A stretch of DNA of 20,000 bases from Halocafeteria seosinensis (taxonomy: Eukaryota), in assembly GCA_001687465.1 (NCBI GenBank), contig LVLI01000079.1, positions 108,772-128,771 on the forward strand, in the 5' to 3' direction. The notes beneath the pieces are model-generated. The model saw nothing but the letters and a program-made list of their open reading frames with translations. It made no database searches and was not told the DNA's origin. Below, piece after piece: positions 11,780 through 20,000 of this stretch (positions are counted from its first letter, which is position 1; every line of letters starts with the position of its first letter). The position numbers and the translations under genes were made by a program.

Positions 11780-12012
11780 TGCGAAGATTGGGGAAGAGGG
11801 AAGAACTTAATGATTTATTCAACAAGACAAAAGTGTACGACGGTCGGTGCCGTGTCTTACCCTCTCAACCGGGCCATCCGGGCCGGCGGATGATCCGGCC
11901 CTGCCAGGGCGTTCCGGGACACCGTTCCCCTGCCACGCTTGCGGCAGACAGGGTCAGGCTGTCGCGCCCCTGAAGGACGAACACGCTTCGAAGTCTTCGA
12001 GTTACTCGGAAA

Positions 12013-13362
12013 CAGGCTGGGACAAATCTCCCTAGTGTAATCAGGGAGACTGGGGAGTCTCCGAGACTGTCTCCCCACTGGCCATTTGGGGTGATGTACG
12101 AAAAATTGTTATATATCCATTATGAGCATTTGTCATTAATCTATTGCCATCTCACATTACTTAATACATTATTTTAAGGCTGTATGCACCTTTATTTGGG
12201 CCTGTATTATCTCGTAAGTGGCACAGGGAACATGCCTGCTACCCGCGCCAGCGCCGGTCGCTCCAAGGGCGAAAAGCGTGGCCGCCATAGTAGTGATACA
12301 GATACTGAGCAACATGCTACGTAACAGTAAGATTATCTTGATGAATTTGGGGATATTATTGAAGCAGAGGAAAGGAAGACAAATGCTGATTCCGACCGCT
12401 GTAGCGACGGAAGACGTGGAGGAACTCAAATATAAACTCAGCAGTCTGTTCGACTTATGGAAGGTGATGCGGGCCAAGGGCTGGTTCGACATGAAACCAC
12501 TGGTGTTACATTGAAGGAAACACAAGGAAGGAGTATGTGTCCGCGGCGTCGACAATTTCAATAGGGACCAGGAATCCAGGATTTGCTGAGCTAGCTAGAC
12601 GACTCCTCAAGAAGTTCGAAACATATGTGGAACCAGCCATAGAGGTCTTGCCCAGACAGAAAAAATGCTTTGTACTGCTGAAGAAAATTGATTATGAAGA
12701 ATGTGGTTCTGAATGCGATGTCAGTAAAATCGTCTGGACCACTTTTGTTTTCGACGAGGAACTGAAGCCTCCACCGATTTACCACCAAAGAACAAGCGAA
12801 AGATCATTGGACCAAACAGCTAGAAACAGGCAAAAAGGAGCATAACATGGAAGGAAGGAGCCTAGAACAAGTGATGTTGAGATACAGTATCTCACTATAG
12901 GAGTGAGCAACGCCACAGTAGAGCGAGCTTTCGCAGGTCAAGAACCGAACGGAAGATCCGCAGGCTTCTCTACGATAAAATGAGCTTACTGATGGTCGTG
13001 TAAAATCCGCAACAAATTATGAGATGATACATGACATGGTGTACGATTTTCATAAGAGGTTGCTCTTCTGTCTCCCGGTCGACATTCTGCGAGTGTGGAA
13101 AGTGCGGAACCAGAAATTCCAGAAGGCCACGAGTAAGATGTTTAATGACTCTATCCTCCGAAAATGTTCAATTTTACACAATTTCTGTTATCTAGAGTCT
13201 ATATGAGGTGTTTACATGGGCCATAAAACCATAAAATAGTACATTTTGGTCCGAGAACCGAAATTTCCCCTTGCACACCCAAGAAATCTGTGAAAACCCC
13301 GGGCCGGATCTCCCCAGACCCCGATTGGGGAGACGAAAAGTGGGGAGATTTGTCCCAGCCTG
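12013..13362 (+). mobile_element. Decayed, internally deleted hAT-superfamily DNA transposon, 1350 bp
   Basis: Perfect 20-bp TIRs: CAGGCTGGGACAAATCTCCC (12013-12032) and its reverse complement (13343-13362). Subterminal TCTCCCCA/TGGGGAG motifs at both ends. Remnant of the hAT dimerisation motif YLTIGVSNATVERAF at 12888-12932. The 8-bp flanks differ (ctcggaaa / attgggct), so there is no TSD. Confidence 0.85.
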
Positions 13363-13522
13363 ATTGGGCTCTGTAGCATGTATTGCTAGCCGATATGTGG
13401 AATATAAAACGGTATATAAAGGGAAACTAGGTAGACACCATTGTTATATATCAGGAGAATGCAGAATACTTCGTTGCGTACAGAAGTTCCTTGCCGTTTA
13501 TTGAACTGCGCGCCATGAAACT

Positions 13523-13787
13523 CAAGCATTGGAAGATGGCGGATACAGAAAGTGCAATTCAGTAGGAGGGTAATAGTGCTTGCCTTACTAGTGCGTCGAA
13601 ACTTCGAGAGTTTCGTTCATTTCAGATCTCAGTCCGAGTCCGACGAAATGGGCGCCGTTTGTTGAAATGGGCGCAAGCATTGGAAGAAAGCGGATACAGA
13701 AAATGCAATCTTGTAGGAGGATAATAGTTCTTGCCTCACCGGTGCGCTGAAAGTTCGAGAGTTCGGTCATTTCAGATCTCATTCCAA
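13523..13787 (+). repeat. Two-copy diverged direct repeat, about 115 bp unit, 151 bp period
   Basis: CAAGCATTGGAAGA..GCGGATACAGAAA.TGCAAT...GTAGGAGG.TAATAGT.CTTGCCT...TTCGAGAGTT...TCATTTCAGATCTCA starts at both 13523 and 13674. Confidence 0.9.
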
Positions 13788-13799
13788 GGGAGGTCTCCT

Positions 13800-14990
13800 G
13801 TTACTCAAGGCTCGCTGTTTTCGGTCGGTTGTGTCATCTGAAGCAACAGGCTTCAGGAGCTGAAGACCAACAGGGATATAAGACGCATGTGCTGGTCGCA
13901 GACAACCTAGACATAAGCGAAGATGAATGGAGCCCTATTATCCCTACCCAAAACATAGTACGACCATTGGCCGTTACAGATATCATAATTCTGGGAGTCC
14001 GACAATGAGCAATTTCATGAGAACTAAGAACCACACTGGAAGCTGAAATTAGCATGGGGAGCTGGAGTAGAAGTTCAGGCCACGATGAACTGGCAAAGGG
14101 AGGTATCCGCGCATATCTCGACATGTCAAACACGACCCAGCAAGTGGCAGGAAACGAGCAGGGCCCGCTCGCTCAACACCGCAAGAATCCCCCACCAAGT
14201 CTGGCGGAGCGTTTCGAAACGGAACGCGGTACAGGAAACGATCGGTCTCCCGAATGCATACTACGAAGGGTACTGGGAGAACCGAAGCTCAAGCAAGATG
14301 TTGTAGAGAGTGGCTACACGGACCCTGAAAGGGACGCTAAACCCACAGCAGAAAGCGCTACTTACAGCCCCCAAAGGGACAGAGTAGCCGCCTGACTATA
14401 CGCATATCAAGGAAAGGGTTTACACTTACTGACGCAGAGACATGGTAGCACTGCGTCTACGCCTCAGGCTCCCTCAAACTAACCTATGTACGGAGCCAGT
14501 CGGTGGATTATGTGGAGACGGACCCATTGACGACCGGCTGCAGCACGCACTGGGATGCGGCAAAAAAGGGAACGCCACACAAACGATTTACCCTCATGGC
14601 AGGATAGTATGGAACTTGAAAGCTACTTTCGCGTGGGCATTTGGCCGTGGAGAGAGGTGCTTGTAGGTGCGCAGAACGAAGGAGAAGTGAGGCACGTCAA
14701 CTTGATCCGCTCATAATTCGTAGATTATCAGCGACAGCAGGGTAACCCCTCACCTTCGCGGTAGAGTCTGAGTAGAGGAAACGGACAAAATACGGAAAAT
14801 GTGAGGGGTCATCACGCGCGATAGAGGCTACAAGTGGCTTCAGCGAAGACGCCACCACGGTTCTAAAGAGAGTTTTCAGAAAAGGACCGGGGAGGCACGG
14901 GGCTTTCGGGAGCTGATGATAGTCAAACTGTCTATCACGTTGAGATGCTGGAGCGGTTCCGGGTAGGGTTGACCCCACACGCGGCCTAGC
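13800..14990 (+). mobile_element. Degenerate non-LTR retrotransposon, CRE/SLACS-like with REL endonuclease
   Basis: GVRQ (13994) and AYLD (14111) in one frame at RT motif-like spacing; ALRLRLRLP..C..CG....D..QHALGC zinc-knuckle region (about 14445-14560); E.RKRTKY....AIEATSGFSEDA, a REL C-terminal pattern (14761-14880). Multiple stops and frameshifts; boundaries approximate. Confidence 0.72.
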
Positions 14991-15194
14991 ATAGCACCAA
15001 TACTCATACACTCAAGCTATTCGAGATGTTTGAAAGAAGCCCACTTGATTTGACACAGTAAGACCATTGGGAGATTCCATACGAGGAGTGAAAAGTCCAG
15101 GATTGTTTGCAAGTGAGGAGCTCACGTGAAGTACGATATTTACATTTTTTGTAAATTTTAATTGTAAATTCTGGCGGGTGATAAATGTACGCAG

Positions 15195-15382
15195 GTGGCT
15201 TAATGACAATAAACTGCAAAATCTCCCGTCGGATGTGTTTCAAGGTTTGAAAAGTTTGCAAGAGCTGTACGTGACCGCCGCACGCCAGCCAGTCGCTTTC
15301 CATCCGAATGAATGTATGCTGCATGTGCTCTTTGTTACTCCATGTGCACAGGAGGCTTAACAATAATAACAGACTGGAATAA
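15195..15382 (+). pseudogene. Fragment of a modular LRR gene: one intact 72-nt LRR exon and a truncated next exon
   Basis: gcAG|15195-15266|GTACGT encodes WLNDNKLQNLPSDVFQGLKSLQEL, a 24-aa extracellular-type LRR with phase-2 ends. An 85-nt intron (15267-15351) follows, then RLNNNNRLE* running into an (AAT)n tract. Confidence 0.75.
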
Positions 15383-15603
15383 TTATAATAATAATAATGA
15401 TGGTGTTATTATAATAGAGGGGATAGTCAGGACCGTAAAACTCTAGAATTGACTTTTTTTCCGACCCATAAACTTCATCCTTGCATAAAAATCGGGTGGA
15501 AAAGTTTGCTCGGTTGAAAAACTCCAGTCTTGCCTGGAAAACGGGGGAAAACCTTAGATTTGCTTTTTTGCCTCCGAAAAACTCCATTCTTGCAAATTTT
15601 TGT

Positions 15604-15883
15604 TTTGAGAAAGGATTTATCTCAAATTGGTCGCACGAAATCTTCGTTGTATCAGAGGTTCTTGATACTAACCCAGTAACTTATAAGTTGGTGGATTGGA
15701 CGGGTGAACCTGTGAAAGGTTCCTCAAAAGACAGAACTCACCGATACTTCCTTGGTAGAGAAAATTAATTAAAGAAGAGGTAGTAAAGCTTTAGTTAAGT
15801 GGCTTGGGTGGGAGTCTCCCAAGTTTGATACATGGGAACCTATTTCTGAAATTAAAAACATTCAAAAGAAAACCGCTCGATGA
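15604..15883 (+). mobile_element. Polinton/Maverick-type integrase C-terminus with chromodomain, pseudogenic remnant
   Basis: FEKGFISNWSHEIFVVSEVLDTNPVTYKLVDWTGEPVKGS, then a frameshift where FY..EL is expected, then QKTELTDTSLVEKIN*RRGSKALVKWLGWESPKFDTWEPISEI (chromodomain LVKW.G....TWEP). Confidence 0.85.
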
Positions 15884-16280
15884 CGCCTCGGTCATTGTAG
15901 CCAGACTACAAGCGAAATAACATCGCAAAAACTACATGCTATAGAATTAATTGTGTGTTTGAAGTTTAAGATGTTTTCTGAAGCATCTTATATATGACTT
16001 CTTACCATAACCCCAATGACGTTTACAAATATATAGGAGATATTCTGAATGGTAATTTACATACTATTTGTTTTTACCCATCTATTCCTGATGATCCCGA
16101 TTTAATAAGACATTCTATTGAAATTAAAAATGCTAAAATCAAAGACTATTATTTTTATCACTTAGCTGATATGAGTTTCCATCTATATATGCTGGTAATT
16201 TATCAAGCTGGGACAGCTAAGATAGCGAGCCGAAATTCTACGCAACACCGCAACGAGAAACCACGTTTTAATCTTAGCAT

Positions 16281-17042
16281 TTAGTGTCCCGTAGATTCGC
16301 GGTCCTCGCGAAGTGCCGCCTCTAGGGTTTCGAGTCTTTTTAAAGTCATCCCTCTTCCGTCGAGATGCTCTATTGCAGGAGGATTGTTCTTCGGGCCGTA
16401 GGCGTACCCAATGTTCCTCCGGCCAATCGGACCTTCTATACCTTTGCTACCCTTTTTCGCCCCCCGCGGATTTTTTGCGATGTATGGGATATGTCGCCTG
16501 TAGGGTGGAACCATAATCAAGTGAGGTCCGTTGGCCCGTCTAGCTGCTGCTCCAACGTCATCTCCCGCAATGCAAACTGTAATATGAGGGCCTTTGAACG
16601 GAATGGAGCACCGCTTCCTATTGCCTGTTCCCGCTGTAAACCCAAGATACTCGATGTTCAATTCCTCCATGCCTTGTATCAGGTCACTAATTGAATGGTT
16701 TACGCTTCTCCTTCTCAGCATCCAATCGTGCTCCAATTGTAGGGCGTACTTACTATGGGTATTCACCAATGATTTTCGGTAGCCATCAGCCAGGCCATGA
16801 GTCCTGATCACCTCTCCAAGTGTAGATAACCTTGTCAGGTACTCACTGCAGTCGCGAGTTGACCTACTGGGGTGTACATAAACCCTTACATGGACTTTTT
16901 CAAGCCCAAAACCGTCAACGAAGCTGGAAAGGGTCAGGCGTGCCATCACAGTGCTGGATCCTGAACTCAAACAATTGGTAAACAAGTTAATGGTAAGCCA
17001 ATCATGTATGTTGTCTGGTCGTGGTTTCCCTTCGATAAACAT
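16281..17042 (-). CDS. GT-A fold glycosyltransferase-like protein; 5' end uncertain, possibly starting at 17139
   Basis: 253-aa ORF with LTINLFTNC...L.SF, GLADGY..SL....SKYALQLEHDW (DxD-like EHD after a beta strand) and a C-terminal IEHLDGR. Confidence 0.65.
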   Translation of the reverse strand: MFIEGKPRPDNIHDWLTINLFTNCLSSGSSTVMARLTLSSFVDGFGLEKVHVRVYVHPSRSTRDCSEYLTRLSTLGEVIRTHGLADGYRKSLVNTHSKYALQLEHDWMLRRRSVNHSISDLIQGMEELNIEYLGFTAGTGNRKRCSIPFKGPHITVCIAGDDVGAAARRANGPHLIMVPPYRRHIPYIAKNPRGAKKGSKGIEGPIGRRNIGYAYGPKNNPPAIEHLDGRGMTLKRLETLEAALREDRESTGH

Positions 17043-17642
17043 TTGCGGATATGTGGTACTTCTGCCGAACCATAATGAAAATACATCTTGTCCTACAAAT
17101 AGAGTGAAGCCTCAGTAAAAACTCACTTTGCGTCTTCATTCAACAGGTTGGTTACCCTAGGAGAACTGTTTCGGTTGCTGTCCACGACGTCGCGCAATTC
17201 TGTCTTCCTGCATCTTCCAAAGCCGATAATAAGCTTCCTGTTACTCAACCATTGACTTATTTACCTCGAGAATGTGATTAGTGATCGAACAAACAACCCT
17301 GATACGAAGAGCGACACCCAAATCGCCGCTTGCCTCCAAATACACATCGTCTTAGTCCCGCCAACTGTTCGGGCGTGCACGTTCCCTTGATACGCGCTTG
17401 AAAGACAGTTCGCACACATGCAGATTCGTTTGAATTGTGTAGCGGTTGCAACCCGGTTAAATAGCACCACAATGTCAGTCTTCTCGGGTGGAGGGGACGG
17501 GTTTGCTGGTATCGTCCGGTAGTGCGGGCTGGTGTTAGTAAGCCCGCATTGCGGTGTGGGACTGGGAGTCCGGGACCGGCCGTGCGACCGGGACGCTCAA
17601 AACGCGCCCTTCTTTCATCCCTGTTGCAGTATGATCCATGCT

Positions 17643-18209
17643 CAGGCTGGCACAAAAGTTACATGGACCTCATGTAACCCACGTCCAGGTTACATAACCC
17701 CCACATGTAACCTAGTCAACCACTATCATTTGCGCCTATAATATTGTATATGAACAATACATGTATATTCACTATGTTAAAAGAAGGCGTGTGCTGCCTT
17801 TGCTTCTTGGTACCATTCATTGTGGGGCTGTGTGTTCGGGGTAGACAATCGGCGGAGGCGTACCTACGATCGGCTCTGGAAGATGATGTGCTCACACAAA
17901 CGAACGAGAGACGATAATGGAAATGCCGATGATGGGAGGAAGACAATGTCATCGTTAGTGTAGTACGAATGCGCCAGATCAGCTTTTCATCTTCGGTCGT
18001 ACCCCTGACCAAGACTCGGAGTAAACTGTCCCTCAAAACGGTCATCTAAGTCAACAATAGTATACGATACACGCACGAAAGAAAACACTGAAGAGCATTG
18101 ATTGCTATGATGACCTTTTAGCGTACAAATAGATGGTAGATATGGGAAAATGGGAAGTTGAAGTAGTATAGGTTACATACCCCTCCCACGTAACTTTTGT
18201 GCCAGTCTG
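17643..18209. mobile_element. Non-autonomous hAT element (MITE), 567 bp, with 8-bp TSD
   Basis: 24-bp TIRs with 2 mismatches (CAGGCTGGCACAAAAGTTACATGG at 17643-17666; partner at 18186-18209). Perfect TSD TCCATGCT at 17635-17642 and 18210-18217. Subterminal GGTTACAT/ATGTAACC motifs at about 17672, 17688, 17705 and 18171. Confidence 0.95.
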
Positions 18210-18307
18210 TCCATGCTTATGTGTAAAGGCACCCAGTGAGATCATTAGCGTATTCATCATCCTTTTCTCAAAGTCTAGAAACTGAGGTATAGCCGTCGTT
18301 ATCGTCA

Positions 18308-19159
18308 TGAAAAATATCCATCTGGCGTCTGTCTTCATTGCTGCCGCAATTCCGCTGGTCGGTTTGTTCAACCTGATTTATGTGACGCCGAATGACTGAC
18401 TCACAGTTCAGACGGATAGCAAACGCAAGCACTTCCGGAAGGTTCGCTTATGCTACTAACGTTCACCTACGTCAAACTGCATCATCTACCCGTCAAGAGC
18501 TTGCGGATAGGGCCAAGAGTATGGTTGAAACTCTGAGTCTTAATGGCAAAGATCAAGGAATTTCGCCCCGTGATGGAGCTCTTTTACTTGCCTTACTCGA
18601 GCTAACTCAATGCGATTTTATCGTTTTGTCCGGTGTTCATCTAGGATCGTCGACTAAAATGTTTGCCGACCATTTCAAAGGTGAATTGGTGATCTCCTTC
18701 GACACCAACACCCTACGCAAGTTTGGGAAGACTATTCAGGATTTTTACAACTACCCAAACGTCTTATTCAAGATAGGAGATGGACTTGAAGTAGTGCCCC
18801 GTGTCCTTGGAAGTCTGAGGGGCCCTTTTGGAGTTTTCATAGATGGACCGAAATGCATGAGTGCATTGCCTCTCGTGAGAAAAGCAATAGAGCAGGGTGC
18901 TAAGTTCGTAGCCGTACATGATGCATGTGGCTGTGTCCACGCTCATTCCCGTAACAGACAAAAACTGCAAGCAACGTTCCTTTTGAACAATGCGAGGGAT
19001 CCGAATATGACTCGTCTTTTGAATCCTCAAGGAAGCATTAACGACTGTTTCACAAATCCAGGTCCTCGCGACAGAAGTTCCAAGGGAGGAGGAGGGCTTG
19101 CCGTATGGGTACCAGGAATGTGTGAAAGGAACTCGACGCAAGCCACATTCGCTCGCTAG
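18308..19159 (+). CDS. Class I SAM-dependent methyltransferase-like protein (Methyltransf_24-like) with an out-of-frame N-terminal signal anchor
   Basis: ORF 18392-19159 has FIVLSGVHLGSST (motif I-like), VISFD, FKIGDG, VFIDGPK and VAVHD. An upstream ATG at 18308 encodes hydrophobic MKNIHLASVFIAAAIPLVGLFNLIY and ends at TGA 18397-18399 in another frame. Confidence 0.7.
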
Positions 19160-19276
19160 TCTTCAAAACCGAACGACTTTAATCATTTTTTTCTATCTTT
19201 GTTTAAGAAGAATGTCCATTTTAAACATGATTTATTTAAAAAGGGCATAAGAAATAAAAACACATAATAATATCCT

Positions 19277-19945
19277 GTGGTGAAATGAAGCAATTCCTGG
19301 CGTTGCTGCTTCGTATCCACGTCCTCTATCTGTCCCCCGGGCAGCCCCTCTGCCCCTTGGGGCGTGCTAATTTTTTCTTCATGATTCTGTAGCCATCCAC
19401 GTCTCCAATACCCGCCTCCTTTAGATTCTGTTTAGATGTACTGATCCCATTTATGCATTACCCTGTGCTGAAATGAAGCAATTCCTGGAGTTGCTGCTTC
19501 GTATCCAGGGTATGCACCCGTACTCTTTTTGTGCCCCCGAGAAATCCCTGAGGCTGTGCCAGGATATCTGGTCCCCCTTGGGGCATGCTAATATTCTCTT
19601 CATGATTCTGTAGCCATCCACGTCTCTAATACACGCCTCCTTTAGATTCTGTTTAGCTGCACTGATCCCATTTATTGCACCACTCCGTGCTGAAATGAAG
19701 CATTTCGTGGCGTCGCTGCTGCGTATCCAGAGTATGCACCCATACTCTTTTTGTCCCCCTTGGCACCCCCTCAGGCTGTGCCGGAACATCTCGTGTCCCT
19801 TCGTGGGCGACGGCGTGCTCATGATCCCCAGGCGCGCAGGCTATGTAGTCATCCAGGTCCCCAATAGAAGGCCACCTCTAGTTCCTGTTAATGTGCACCG
19901 ACCCCATAGGTGCATCAACCTGCGCTGAAATAAATCAATCCTTAG
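19277..19945. repeat. Diverged tandem repeat, at least 3 units of about 190-235 bp
   Basis: Anchor TGAAATGAAGCA.TTC.TGG.GT.GCTGCT.CGTATCCA at 19281, 19469 and 19691, with a degenerate TGAAATAAATCAAT at 19926 (periods 188, 222, 235). Internal blocks TTCATGATTCTGTAGCCATCCACGTCTC and CGCCTCCTTTAGATTCTGTTTAG are shared by units 1 and 2. Confidence 0.9.
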
Positions 19946-20000
19946 CAGTATGAAAATGCTGTGCCGTTGCTGCGGCACGAACACCACCCGGGAGGGTGGG

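Noticed and set aside
11850..11990. U1 snRNA, HDV-like or hammerhead ribozyme, or riboswitch
   Set aside because: CTTACC is present but there is no U1 loop or Sm site, no valid HDV P3/L3, no CUGANGA core and no TPP consensus.
16204..16215. CAAGCTGGGACA resembling the hAT TIR
   Set aside because: Only 11 of 12 bases match, with no partner end or subterminal motifs; may be chance.
15994..16284. 96-aa AT-rich ORF as an intact gene
   Set aside because: No recognisable domain and composition shifts near 16200; more likely mobile-element debris.
17520..17610. 5S rRNA-like words (GGGC-TGG..TTAGTA, CTGGGA..CCGGG, AACGCGCCC)
   Set aside because: Order and spacing do not match 5S rRNA and the local hairpins are incompatible with its fold.
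17716..18045. 109-aa ORF inside the MITE as a transposase
   Set aside because: No hAT transposase motifs.
19277..19945. CRISPR-like array
   Set aside because: Units are long and similar throughout, with no unique spacers or cas genes, in a eukaryotic context.

Overview
Eukaryotic (probably protist) nuclear DNA in two parts. Bases 1 to about 11,800 are gene-dense, with 60-90 nt GT-AG introns. They hold a partial hypothetical gene with TQT motifs, an MFSD5/MOT2-type transporter, a bacterial-type RNase HII with an N-terminal extension, an intronless and highly divergent Sec61alpha/SecY paralogue, an HtrL/YibB-family type II membrane protein, an F-box/LRR protein and a hypothetical gene. Bases 12,000-20,000 are an accessory, repeat-rich block that starts abruptly at a decayed hAT transposon. 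That block holds a diverged direct repeat, a decayed CRE-like (REL endonuclease) non-LTR retrotransposon, orphan 72-nt LRR exon(s), and a Polinton-type integrase/chromodomain remnant. It also holds a divergent glycosyltransferase-like and methyltransferase-like gene pair split by a 567-bp hAT MITE with a perfect 8-bp TSD, and a roughly 190-235 bp tandem repeat. The best leads are the atypical Sec61alpha paralogue, the GT/MTase pair next to the Polinton remnant, and two GC-rich structured blocks. All protein assignments come from motifs recognised by eye; no database search was run.
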